From: Candidatus Eiseniibacteriota bacterium
Lineage (GTDB): Bacteria > Eisenbacteria > RBG-16-71-46 > DASYSL01
Direction of reading: 5' to 3'
Length of the DNA stretch: 55,018 bases
NCBI GenBank assembly: GCA_031431875.1
Contig: JANPEF010000067.1
Coordinates: 1 to 55,018 of the forward strand
Position 1 is the first letter of the stretch. Each line of letters begins with the position of its first letter. A program made the position numbers and the translations under genes. Positions 38,527-49,000 of this stretch are shown piece after piece. The notes under the pieces were generated by a model that saw only the letters and a list, made by a program, of their open reading frames with translations, had not been told where the DNA came from and did no database searches.

Positions 38527-39172
38527 ATGCCCGAAACACGCAGCCTTCAGCGCCGTCCTCATGGCGGTACTGGTGTGGGCGAGCTTCGTTGGGATTACAG
38601 GAGTCAAGGATCGGTTCGTTCCGGATGAGCCGTTTCGGACCGCTTTCAGCTTCGTGGATGAGGCGATCCTGTGGATCAACACGAACTCGTCCCATACGGT
38701 CACGAGCGGCATCCCGGGCGACGCGGACGCGGGATCGCTCTTCGACATGTCGCTCGGCGTCGGGGTCCAGCGATCGTTCACCTATACGAACACGGGTCGC
38801 TTCCCGTTCTTCTGCATCCCACACTCCCCGATGCGGGGCGTCGTCAACGTCAAGAGCCTGGTGGGCGTGATCCCGGTGTCGGGAGAAGAGGGTGCGATCG
38901 GCTTCGTCTCGTGGCCCTCGCCGAATCCGTCGACGAACGGCGTTACGTTCCGCTTCGCGTTGCGCGAGGCAGGGCGGGCGCGGCTCGAGGTCCTTGACGT
39001 GCGCGGGCGGGTCGTGGCGCGTCCGGTGGAGGGGGACTATGGCGTGGGGACCTATGCCGCGCGCTGGGACCGCGCGAGCGCAAGATGGGCGCGCGCGCCG
39101 GCCGGCGTCTATTTCCTGCGCCTGACCGTGCCGGGGGCGCAGCAGAGTGAGCGTGTGGTCATCGCCGGCTGA
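38527..39172 (+). CDS. Cupredoxin (plastocyanin/azurin-like) plus FlgD-Ig-like tail; 5' end probably frameshifted (in-frame ATG at 38561)
   Basis: HTVTSG...FFCIPHSPM type-1 Cu ligands; PSPNP...LDVRGRVV...WD...GVYFLRL tail. Confidence 0.65.
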
Positions 39173-39236
39173 TTGAGATCAGCATCAGGGGTGAGTGTCC
39201 CCGTTCCCTCTCGGCGGGGGCCGCGCCAGAATGGCT

Positions 39237-39968
39237 TCAGGCCGCGCGGGTTCGTTGCTCGGGATCCGCATCATCGCGCCGCGGTCCGTACCAGACATCC
39301 AGACCTTCGCGGCTTCTCACTGCGCCCATTCCCCGTGTGGCGACGAGGGCAGCGAAACCGAGGATGTCGCCCGATGAATGCGAGCGCAACTTGCGCCCGG
39401 ACGTGAGAACACCCTCGCGCAGGATGACAAAGCGCCCCTGTCGCTGCAGCGCGCGGCTGAGGACGACTTCCTCACCGGCATAGATCGATTCATCGAACCC
39501 GCCCGCGTCTTCGAATGCGTCGCGTGTGCAGAAGAGGAAACAACCGGCCGCCAGCCGTGCCGACCGCTGGAGGGCATGCAGAACGAGTTCGGCGACGCGA
39601 GCCCAGGCGGGCAGTCGACCGTCGAAGCGAACGTGGCACCCACCTCCGACGGCCCCGGCGCGCAGGGCATTCAGGGCGGCGCCAACGACTGCAGCATCGA
39701 CCAACGTGTCGGCATCGACGAAGACGATGAACCGTCCGCGTGCCTCGCGCGCGCCGGAATTGCGCGTGGCCGAGATCTGGCGGTTCACGACGCGGACGAG
39801 TCGTGCCCCATGCTCCGCGGCGATCGCCGCCGTCCGATCCGTCGAGCAGTCATCGACAACGATGATCTCGAACGGCTCGCCGCACGCTCCGGCGGCGGCG
39901 TGGAGCGACGCGAGCGTGCGAGCGAGAAGGCGCTCCTCGTTGTGAGCCGGGATGACGAAGGAGATCAT
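39237..39968 (-). CDS. Glycosyltransferase family 2
   Basis: MISFVIPAHNEE, IIVVDDCSTD, RNSGA, FVDADT, GGFDE. Confidence 0.9.
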   Translation of the reverse strand: MISFVIPAHNEERLLARTLASLHAAAGACGEPFEIIVVDDCSTDRTAAIAAEHGARLVRVVNRQISATRNSGAREARGRFIVFVDADTLVDAAVVGAALNALRAGAVGGGCHVRFDGRLPAWARVAELVLHALQRSARLAAGCFLFCTRDAFEDAGGFDESIYAGEEVVLSRALQRQGRFVILREGVLTSGRKLRSHSSGDILGFAALVATRGMGAVRSREGLDVWYGPRRDDADPEQRTRAA

Positions 39969-40224
39969 TCCATGGTTTTCGGCGCGCGGACCGGAGGCCT
40001 CCACTCGATTCGGCACCGCGGATCCGCGGATTGCCCCAGGCCGGGCGACGCGCGCTCACCAACGCGATGGTTCCCTTCTCGACTCGTAACGTATCGCCAC
40101 TGCACCCGAGCAGAGTTCCAGCCGGCCCACGCGCTTCGAGAGCTCCGCCAACGAACCGCGTCGGGCTTGCTGTCTGTCAACTCGGCGCGCGGAGAACTCG
40201 GGAGGTCACGGGTCCGCCCGCAAA

Positions 40225-40337
40225 GATGCGGAATTCGGCACGTTCCCCGGGAAAACTCCGGTTCGTACTCTGGGCAGCCCGGGGAGCCAAGATTCGTGAC
40301 CCCCCGCGACTCTCCAAGCCGCGGGGGTCATCGTTTT
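40225..40337 (+). repeat. att-like junction copy 3: arm + tRNA 3' core GGAGCCA + terminator hairpin
   Basis: GATGCGGAAT...CCGGTTCGTACTCTGGGCAGCCCGG-GGAGCCA-AGATTCGTGACCCCCCGCGACTCTCCAAGCCGCGGGGGTCATCGTTTT; same 45-nt arm spacing as copy 2. Confidence 0.85.
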
Positions 40338-40425
40338 GACGGTCGCAGTTGGCCCGGCTGCCGGGGAACGGTGGTTCGACGCTCCGTGTGGTACCGTCGG
40401 GGTCGCTCTCCCCAAAGGTTCAGCC

Positions 40426-40569
40426 CTGTCCATGGTCCTCGAACGCCTGCGCGATGTCCCCGGCGACCGGTACCGCATCGAGCGCGAGCTGGGGCGCTGC
40501 GGGATGGTCACCGTCTACCTGGCGGAGGATCTGAGACACCGCCGCCTGATCGCGCATAAGGTCATCCAC
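40426..40569 (+). pseudogene. Ser/Thr kinase N-terminal relic (copy 2)
   Basis: LERLRDVPGDRYRIERELGRCGMVTVYLAEDLRHRRLIAHKVIH, degenerate subdomains I-II, truncated. Confidence 0.75.
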
Positions 40570-40613
40570 GCGGAGAGCGCACCTCGCTGGCGCCCCGAAG
40601 ACGGAGACTGCCC

Positions 40614-43600
40614 ATGATCGGCCGCACCCTGGCCCACTATTCGATCACCGCCAAGATCGGCGAGGGCGGGATGGGGGAGGTGTACCGGGCGACGGACACG
40701 CGCCTCAAGCGCGACGTCGCCCTCAAGGTGCTTCCCTCCGCCGTGGCCGCGGACCGCGATCTCCTGGTCCGCTTCCAGCGCGAAGCCGAGTCTGTCGCCG
40801 CCTTGAACCACGCCAACATCGTGACGATCTTCTCCGTGGAAGAGGCGGAGGGCATGCATCTGCTCACCATGGAGCTGGTGGACGGCCAGAGCCTGGATCG
40901 CTCGCTGCCACCCGAGGGATTGTCGCTGGAAGATCTCTTCCGGATCGGGATCCCGCTCGCCGATGCGCTCCAGGCCGCGCACGAGGCGGGGATCGTGCAC
41001 CGGGACTTGAAGCCCGCCAACGTGATGGTCACGAAGCAGGGGCGGGTGAAGGTGTTGGACTTCGGTCTGGCCAAGAGCGCGTTGGCGCCGCCTGCCGACA
41101 CCGATGCGACGCTGGGCATGGCCGCCGCTCCGCTCACCGGAGCAGGCACGGTGTTGGGGACGGTGCCCTACATGGCGCCGGAGCAGTTGCGGGGCGGGCC
41201 GGTGGACGCGCGCACGGACCTGTTCGCGCTGGGCGTCCTGCTCTACGAGCTGTCCACGGGGACGCGCCCGTTCACCGGCGTGAGCTTTCCTGAGATCATG
41301 GCCTCGATCCTGAAGGAGGAGCCACTCCCGGTGACTGAGCGGCGGTCCGATCTTCCCCAGGAGTTCGGGCGGATCGTGCGGCGGTGCTTGGCCAAGGAGC
41401 CGGATCGCCGCTATCGGACAGCGCGCGACGTGCGGAACGATCTCGAAGACCTGCAGCAGATGTTGGAATGGGGGCGGCGGTCGGGCAGCGCGGGGCACGC
41501 TTCGGCGAAACCTGCGACGTCCGAGGCGCAGACCATCATCGTTCCCGGGACTTCCGGCGCGGCAGCGCGGGGAGCCGGTGCCGGTTCGGGCGCCGCGCTG
41601 ACCGCCTATCGCGAGAGCCGCATCCACGAGTGGAGCCAGCCGCGCTACAAGCTGGACCGGGAGTTCGTGGCGCTGACGCTGCTGGTGGACCAGGGCGAGG
41701 AGACGGCGTCGGGCCGGTGGAGCGCCCAGCCCAAGACGTATCAGGACCTCGGGGAGCTGCTGAACCAGGTGGAGGACCCGGCGGTCGTGGTGTTGGGGTC
41801 GCCGGGCTGCGGGAAGAGCACGCTGCTCCGGCGTCTGGAGCTGGAGCTGGCGCAGAAGGGGCTCACCGATCCCGAGCAGCCGGTGACGTTCTTCATCCAG
41901 CTCAACCACTACAAGGGACGGGGACAGGAGCCACCTCCCGATCCCGAGACCTGGCTCGCCGAGCGCTGGTCCGCGCGCCACCCGGACCTGCCGCCTTTCT
42001 CCGATCTCTTGAAGACAGGTCGGATGATCCTGCTTCTGGACGCCTTGAACGAGATGCCGACGCCAAACACGGCGGCGCTTCATGACGCCGTGCTCGGCTG
42101 GAAGGGCTTCCTCGAACTGGTGGTGAGCGATCATCCGGGGACACGCGTGGTCTTCACCTGCCGGGCCCTCGATTACAGCGCCTCGCTCTCCTCCCCGGCC
42201 CTCCGGGTCCCGCAGGTCGTGGTGGAGCCCTTGACCGACGAGCAGGTGGCGCAGTTCCTCGGGAAGCAGAGCCCGGACCAGGGCGCAAGGATCTGGGGCC
42301 AGATCAAGGGAACCCCGCAGCTCGAGCTGTTGCGCTCGCCATACTTCCTGTCGCTCCTCACCGACCAGGTGGAGGCGACGGGGGAGATTCCGCAGGGCCG
42401 CGCAGGTCTGTTCACCGGGTTCGTGCGCCAGGCGCTGCGCCGGGAGGTGGAACGCGGCAACCCACTGTTTTTCCCGAACGGTCTGCTGACCGAACGGGAC
42501 ATCCGCCGGATCACGCAATGGTCGTGGAAGACGGGATGGGACCTGCCCGAGCGCGGGGTGCTGGTGCCGAAGCTTGCGGCGCTGGCGTTCGCGATGCAGT
42601 CGGAGGGGGGCGGTGGGGGCCAGGTGCGGGTGGAGTATGACGAGGCACTGGAACTTCTGAGTCATGAGCAGGACAAGGCGATCCTGAAGGCAGGTCTGGC
42701 GCTGTCGGTGCTGGACGAGGATCCCGGCAAGGACGAGGTGCTCTACGTGCACCAGCTGGTGCAGGAGTACTTCGCGGGCCGGCAGCTGGCGAAAGCGCCG
42801 GATCCGGCGCGGGTCGAGGTGCCCTGGCAAAACCGACAGATCACGCCGCCGCTGAGCACGATCATCAAGACGCTGCCGCCTGGTGAACGCCTGCCACCGC
42901 TGGCGACGACCGGCTGGGAGGAGACCGCGATCCTGGGGGCCGCGATGACGGAGTCCCCGGACGCTTACGTCAGGGATCTCATGGGGACCAACCCGGTGGT
43001 GGCGGGCCGGGCGGCGGGTCAGGTCGAGGTTCGCGAGCGACTGACCGCAGCCACGCTCGACGATCTCCGTCACGCGCTGGTGCGCCGGAGCATCAACCGC
43101 GAGGCCGACTTGAGATCACGGATCGAGGCGGGGCTGGCGCTTGGAGTGCTGGGGGACCCGAGGTTCGAGGCGCGTGAGGGGCCGCACGGCAGATACCTGC
43201 TCCCGCCGATCGTGGTGCTCTCCGCCGGGAGCTACCCCATGGGCGAAGACGAGGTGTACGAGTACCTGGGCCATCGGGTCGAGAACCACATGCCCCGGCA
43301 CGAGGTGGATCTCCAGGGGTTCGGGATCGGTCGGTATCCGGTGACGAATGCCGAGTGGCGATGCTTCATGGACGCCGGCGGATACGAGGAGGAGCGGTGG
43401 TGGGACACGGCGGGCGCCAAGCGGTGGTGGAACGGGGACGGGACGGCGGAAGGGACGCATGCGAACGTGCGGTACTGGCACGGGCAGTTCCGGCAGGACC
43501 GCGAGAAGCTGGAGGAGGCCTGGAGGAAGGGCGAGCTGCGGCAGGACGGCTACGAGCGCTGGAAGAGTCGGCTTGAGATGAGTGGGGATGAGCTCGACGC

Positions 43601-44201
43601 CCATCTGCGGGAACTCTATCCGGGGGGGAAACTGCGGTCGCCGGCCTTCTGGCACGATGGGCGGTTCAACAACCCGTCGCAGCCGGCGGTGGGGGTGAGC
43701 TGGTATGAGGCGCGGGCGTACTGCAACTGGTTGTCGGCGCAGACGGGGGAGGGCTACCGGCTGCCGACGGAGGCGCAGTGGGAGGCGGCGGCGCGGGGGA
43801 AGGAAGGGCGGCAGTACGCGTGGGGCAACCCGTTCGGGGCGCTGTGGGGGAACACGGCCGCGACGAAGGTGGACGGGACGACCCCGGTGGGGGTGTTCGT
43901 GGAGGGGGAGACGCCCGAGGGGGTGAGCGATCTGACGGGGAACGTGGACGAATGGACAGGGAGCCTGTTCGGAGCGGGGCTCGATTTCGAAACGGCGCCG
44001 TTCGCCTATCCGTACGACCCGGCCGATGGACGGGAAGACCAGGAGGCAGGACCGGAGATCCGCCGTGTGTTGCGGGGCGGCGCGTGGAACCTCGATGAAG
44101 TCCATGCGCGCGCGTCCTACCGCTACACGTTTCTCCCGGGCAATCGGAACTACGGCAACGGGTGTCGGGTGGTGGCGCGTTCGTCCCCCATGTCAACCTG
44201 A
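40614..44201 (+). CDS. Ser/Thr kinase - NACHT NTPase - FGE-sulfatase (CLec-fold) multidomain protein
   Basis: GEGGMG, HRDLKPAN, DFG, APE; Walker A GSPGCGKST, Walker B ILLLDALNE, HQLVQEYFA; YPVTN, P..GVSWYEA, RLPTEAQWE, DLTGNVDEW, RGGAW. Confidence 0.92.
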   Translation: MIGRTLAHYSITAKIGEGGMGEVYRATDTRLKRDVALKVLPSAVAADRDLLVRFQREAESVAALNHANIVTIFSVEEAEGMHLLTMELVDGQSLDRSLPPEGLSLEDLFRIGIPLADALQAAHEAGIVHRDLKPANVMVTKQGRVKVLDFGLAKSALAPPADTDATLGMAAAPLTGAGTVLGTVPYMAPEQLRGGPVDARTDLFALGVLLYELSTGTRPFTGVSFPEIMASILKEEPLPVTERRSDLPQEFGRIVRRCLAKEPDRRYRTARDVRNDLEDLQQMLEWGRRSGSAGHASAKPATSEAQTIIVPGTSGAAARGAGAGSGAALTAYRESRIHEWSQPRYKLDREFVALTLLVDQGEETASGRWSAQPKTYQDLGELLNQVEDPAVVVLGSPGCGKSTLLRRLELELAQKGLTDPEQPVTFFIQLNHYKGRGQEPPPDPETWLAERWSARHPDLPPFSDLLKTGRMILLLDALNEMPTPNTAALHDAVLGWKGFLELVVSDHPGTRVVFTCRALDYSASLSSPALRVPQVVVEPLTDEQVAQFLGKQSPDQGARIWGQIKGTPQLELLRSPYFLSLLTDQVEATGEIPQGRAGLFTGFVRQALRREVERGNPLFFPNGLLTERDIRRITQWSWKTGWDLPERGVLVPKLAALAFAMQSEGGGGGQVRVEYDEALELLSHEQDKAILKAGLALSVLDEDPGKDEVLYVHQLVQEYFAGRQLAKAPDPARVEVPWQNRQITPPLSTIIKTLPPGERLPPLATTGWEETAILGAAMTESPDAYVRDLMGTNPVVAGRAAGQVEVRERLTAATLDDLRHALVRRSINREADLRSRIEAGLALGVLGDPRFEAREGPHGRYLLPPIVVLSAGSYPMGEDEVYEYLGHRVENHMPRHEVDLQGFGIGRYPVTNAEWRCFMDAGGYEEERWWDTAGAKRWWNGDGTAEGTHANVRYWHGQFRQDREKLEEAWRKGELRQDGYERWKSRLEMSGDELDAHLRELYPGGKLRSPAFWHDGRFNNPSQPAVGVSWYEARAYCNWLSAQTGEGYRLPTEAQWEAAARGKEGRQYAWGNPFGALWGNTAATKVDGTTPVGVFVEGETPEGVSDLTGNVDEWTGSLFGAGLDFETAPFAYPYDPADGREDQEAGPEIRRVLRGGAWNLDEVHARASYRYTFLPGNRNYGNGCRVVARSSPMST

Positions 44202-44301
44202 GCCGCTGAACGCGACCCCCGGGTCAGCGGCGAAGGAGGCGGCGCGTACGCGCTGCCGACGGGTTGAGCCGCCCGATCTCCCACGTCAACGTCTTCCCTC
44301 C

Positions 44302-44706
44302 CATCGATCCGGCCTTCTCGGGATCCCGGGCGTCAGCAGCGACATGCGGCGACTGCATGTAGCGGCCGCGACGAACGCCGATGCGCGGCTTGCCATCGAG
44401 ATGTTCTGCTACGCCTTCCGCAAGGAGGTGGCCGGCATGATTGCCGCGCTCGATGGCGTCGATCAGATGATCGTCTTCACCGGCGGCATCGGAGAAAACG
44501 ACGCGGTGGCACGTGGCGCGATTTGCGAGGGCTTGTCGTGGATCGGCGTCATCATCGACGAATCCCGGAACCGGTCGGCCAACAATCCCATCAACCATGC
44601 CAGCTCGCGCTGCGCGGTTCACGTGCTTGCCTCGCAGGAAGACGAGCAGATCGTCCGCCACACGTGGGCCCTGGTCTCACGGAAGGCGCCCAGCCAGCCG
44701 TCGTAA
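44302..44706 (+). pseudogene. ackA: Acetate kinase C-terminal fragment
   Basis: SGLLGIPGVSSDMR...ARLAIEMFCY...VFTGGIGEN...EDEQIVR; N-terminal two-thirds absent. Confidence 0.8.
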
Positions 44707-44729
44707 AGCAATTGTCGGCCACTTCTCAA

Positions 44730-46010
44730 TCACCGGGTTCGGCGACTGATCCAGAACACCGCCATGCCGAACACCACGGCCCCGCCAGTCACGGCATAAA
44801 CGACCGGCTCGAACTGGGTCATGAGCGCCAGGCTGATGGCGATTCCCAGCGGCGGCAGCAACGGCAGGCGGCCGACATGCAGGGGCGTGCGGAATAGACG
44901 CTCGCGACCGGGCGCTTTGAAGCGCAGCGCAATCACTGCCGTATGCACGCCGACGAACACCCCCAGGATGGCCAAGGCCGAGACGCTGGCGAGGATCCTC
45001 ACCTCGCCCAGCGGCAGCAGGACGCAGGCTCCGGCATAGAGGGCTAGCGCGGCGACCCAGGGCGTCTTGCGCCGGCTCATCGTCTTGGCCAGGGCTCGCG
45101 GCATGTCGCCATCGCGCGCCATGCCGAACAGAAGGCGACTGATACTCACCAGCGAAATCAGTGCGGTGCTGGCGGTAGCGAACATCGCCGTGACCGCCAG
45201 GGTCTGCCCCAGCCAGGGCGCGACGGCGCGGCCCGCCGTAGTCAAAGGCGAATCGCTTTGCGCCAGCTGGCCGGGGTCCATCACGGCGAAAACGGCCCAG
45301 ACCACCAGCAGATACACGAGCGAGGTGACCGCCACACTCCACAGCAGCGCCCGGGGTACGTCGCGGCGGGGATTCTTCGCTTCTTCCGACAGGTTGGCCA
45401 CGCCCTCGAAACCGATGTAGACGAAAAACACCAGGGCCGTAGCAGCAAAGATGCCGGGTGCGTCGCCGAATGTGGGCAGCGTGATCGCCGCGCCTGCGTC
45501 GCCCCTGAACAACCCCATCACGATCAGCAACAGCAGGCCGCCGACTTCGATGACGATCATGCCAATGCTCACCCAGGTCGACTGCCGCAAACCCACGATG
45601 TTGAGCGCCGTGCACAGGCTGAGCAGTGCAAGGGCTGTCAGGGGCGCAGGGAGTTCCAGGAACACCTTGAGGTAACCGGCGAAGGCCAACGACACCGTGG
45701 CCGAGGTGGCGGCGGCGTTGAGCGCGATGAGAAAGCCCGCCAGGAAAGAAACCAGGGGAGCCTTGGGGAACGCTGCCTTCAGGAACTGGTACTCGGCTCC
45801 CGCCTTGGGCAGCATGGAGACGAGTTCCGCGTAGGACAAAGCGGTGAGGAACGCTGCCGCGCCGGCACAAAGCATGCTCACCCCCAGCGCGGTGCCGGCC
45901 AAGCCAGCGGCCGAGCCGATGATCGTGTAGATCCCGGCTCCCACAATCGTGCCTACGCCATAGAAGATCAGCTGCGTGAGGGAAAGCGCGCGCGCGAGTG
46001 ACTGGGTCAT
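44730..46010 (-). CDS. APC family amino acid permease
   Basis: GTIVGAGI, SYAEL, FFVYIGFE, EEAKNP, SRLLFGMARDG; about 12 TM segments. Confidence 0.9.
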   Translation of the reverse strand: MTQSLARALSLTQLIFYGVGTIVGAGIYTIIGSAAGLAGTALGVSMLCAGAAAFLTALSYAELVSMLPKAGAEYQFLKAAFPKAPLVSFLAGFLIALNAAATSATVSLAFAGYLKVFLELPAPLTALALLSLCTALNIVGLRQSTWVSIGMIVIEVGGLLLLIVMGLFRGDAGAAITLPTFGDAPGIFAATALVFFVYIGFEGVANLSEEAKNPRRDVPRALLWSVAVTSLVYLLVVWAVFAVMDPGQLAQSDSPLTTAGRAVAPWLGQTLAVTAMFATASTALISLVSISRLLFGMARDGDMPRALAKTMSRRKTPWVAALALYAGACVLLPLGEVRILASVSALAILGVFVGVHTAVIALRFKAPGRERLFRTPLHVGRLPLLPPLGIAISLALMTQFEPVVYAVTGGAVVFGMAVFWISRRTR

Positions 46011-46055
46011 GGCTTGGCAGCCAGCAGGTGTTTCATGGATCCCCTCAGCCGCCGT

Positions 46056-49000
46056 TCAGACCGAACCTGCAGGGGCATCTCGGCGGCTCCATGCGCGACT
46101 CACCAGCTTGCGCAGCTCGCTGTACCACAGCACCCCGCTGGCCATCCCGAGGCACAGCAGCCACTGCTCGAGAGTCAGCGGCGCGGTGCCGAAGGCGAGG
46201 TTGAGGAAGCTGAGGTTGACGACGGCCACCTGCAGCAGTGCCGCCAGCGCGACCGCACCCCACAACCACGGGTTGACGAACAAGTGCGTGAACGCGCTCG
46301 TCGTGTCCGAGCGCGCGCTGAAGCATGTGAAGAGGCTGGTGAAGGCGAGCACGGTGAAGCCCGCGGTGCGCGCAGTGGCGAGGTCGTAGCTGCCCTCGAC
46401 CAGCCCGCCCGGCAGGTAGATGTCGATCGTCAGCAGCGTCAGCACGGCGATCACCAGGCCGATCTGCACCACCCCGGCCCACATGCGGGCGTCGATCACT
46501 CGCTCGCCCATGTGCCGGGGCTTGCGGGCCATCAGGTCGTCGACCGCCGGGTCGACCCCCATCGCCAGCGCCGGCCCCGAATCGGTGATGAGGTTGATCC
46601 ACAGGAGTTGCGTGGCGAGCATCGGCAGCACCACGACGTCGCCAGCGCCCTTTAGACCGATCACGCCGGCGCCGACGACGCCGAAGAAGACGGTCAGCAC
46701 CTCGCCCATGTTCGACGACAGCAGGTAGCGCAGGAACTTGCGGATGTTGTCGAGGATGCCGCGCCCCTCGCGCACGGCCTCGACGATGGTCGCGAAGTTG
46801 TCGTCGGCGAGGATCATCTTGGCCGCTTCCTTGGTCACCTCGGTACCGGTCACCCCCATCGCGAGGCCGATGTCGGCCGCCTTCAGCGCCGGCGCATCGT
46901 TGACGCCGTCGCCGGTCATCGCGACGACATTGCCGTCGGCCTGCAGCGCGTCGACGATGCGCAACTTGTGCGCCGGCGAGACGCGCGCATAGACCGACGT
47001 CTTGCGAACGGCGTCGGCGAACGCTGCATCGTCAAGTGCTTCGAGCTCGGAGCCGGTGAGCGCCGGGGCGCCGGCCTCGACGATGCCGAGATCCGCGGCG
47101 ATCCGTGCCGCCGTTCGCGGGTGGTCGCCGGTGATCATGATCACCCGGATCCCGGCCCGGTGCGCCTCGCGGATGGCGACCGCGGCCTCCTCGCGCGGCG
47201 GGTCGATGATGCCCACGGTGCCGACGAAGACCAAGTCGTGCTCGAGCGACTCCTTCGCTTCCCGGTCCTCGCCCGGCGCGAGGGCGCGGTAGGCCACCGC
47301 GAGCGTGCGCAGCGCCGCGTCGGCAAGCGTGTCGACGTCGGCCAGCATCCGTGCCCGCAGCGCGTTGTCGAGCGCGACGGTCTCCATCCCCACGCGCGCC
47401 CGGGTGCAGCGGTCGAGCACCACGCCCGGAGCGCCCTTGGTGATCACAACGACCTCGTCGTCGTGTTCGTGGTCGAGCTCGACCGTCGACATCATCTTGC
47501 GTTCGGACGTGAACGGGATTTCGCCGATGCGCTCGAAGCGCCGCTCGCGCCGCTCGGTGGCACCGAGCTTGCGCTCGGCCACCAGAAAGGCCGCTTCGGT
47601 CGGATCGCCATGGATCTCCCATTCGCCGCCCGCCCCCTGACGCAGGTCGGCGTTGCCGGCCAGGCTGCCGCCACTGAGTACCACCACGTTCTCGTCGCGC
47701 AGCGGCCCGGCCGGCAACTCCGCGCCCTTGCTTTCGACCCGCCCCTCGGGCACGTACCCCACCCCGGTGAGACGGGTCTCGCCCGAGGCCGTCATCACCC
47801 GCTCGATCGTCATCTCCGCACGCGTCAGGGTGCCCGTCTTGTCGGAAGCGATGACCGAGGCGGAGCCCAGCGTTTCCACCGAAGACAGCTTCTTGACGAT
47901 CGCGTGGTGCTTCGCCATGCGTCGCACGCCGAGGGCCAGCACCACCGACAGGATCGCGGGCAACCCCTCGGGCACGGCCGCGACCGCGAGGGACACGCCG
48001 AGCAGCAGGACGTGGGTGACATCGGCGGCGCTGCGGATGTTCGACATCAGCAGAACGGTCGTCACCACCACGATGGCAATGATGACGACGGCGATGCCCA
48101 GCATGCGTCCGATGCGCCCGACTTCCTTCTCCAGGGGTGTCGGCTCCTCGATCGTGGCGTCGAGCATCTCTGCGACGCGTCCCATCTCGGTAGCCATGCC
48201 GGTGGCCGTGACCACGGCGCGACCGGTGCCCTGCGCGACAGCCGTTCCCTTGAACACCATGTCGAGCCGGTCGCCGAGGGCCGCCGTGGCCGCCAGCGTG
48301 GCGGCATCCTTCAGCACGGCCTCGCTCTCGCCCGTCAGCGAGGCTTCCTGGACGCGCAGCGACGCGCTCTGCACCAGGCGCGCGTCTGCGCCGACGGCGT
48401 CACCCTCCCCGAGCACGAGCAAGTCGCCACGCACCAGCTCGGCGCTGGGCAGCCGCCGCACCTGTCCGTCACGCAGAACCGCCGAGGTCGCCGTGGTCAT
48501 CCGGGCCAGGGCGGCGACGGCGTCTTCCGCCTTGGCTTGCTGCACGAAACCCAGAACGCCGTTGAGCAGGACGACGGTCGCGATGACGACCGCATCGACC
48601 GGCCAGCCGACCCGGCCTTCGATCACCCAGGCGACGAGCGCGATGGCGATCGCCGCAACCAGGAGATAGATCAGCGGATCATGAAAGTGCGCCAGAACGC
48701 GGCGCCATGCGGGCCACCGCGGCGCAGAGCGAAGTTCGTTGGGGCCGTCTGCCAAAAGTCGGCGCGACGCATCCTCTGAAGTGAGCCCGTTGACGGTATC
48801 TGCGCCGAGAGTCCTTGCCACTTCGTCAGCATCCTTGACGGAAGGATCATCAAGGCTGCCTGCCTTCGCCATGGCAGGTGGATGGGGTAGAGGCGGCGCA
48901 TCCGACGCTGAGTGACCCGTGTGGTCGTCGAGTGCGGAAGCGGCCGTGGAAGCTTTCGGCACAGATGGCACGGGCGTTGAAGCCTGCGCACCTGGCGCTG

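Noticed and set aside
40515..43073. Long antisense ORFs (852 aa here; also 29805-32180, 9749-11638, 32525-34411, 46968-48779)
   Set aside because: Shadow frames of well-supported genes in high-GC DNA; Arg-rich and without motifs
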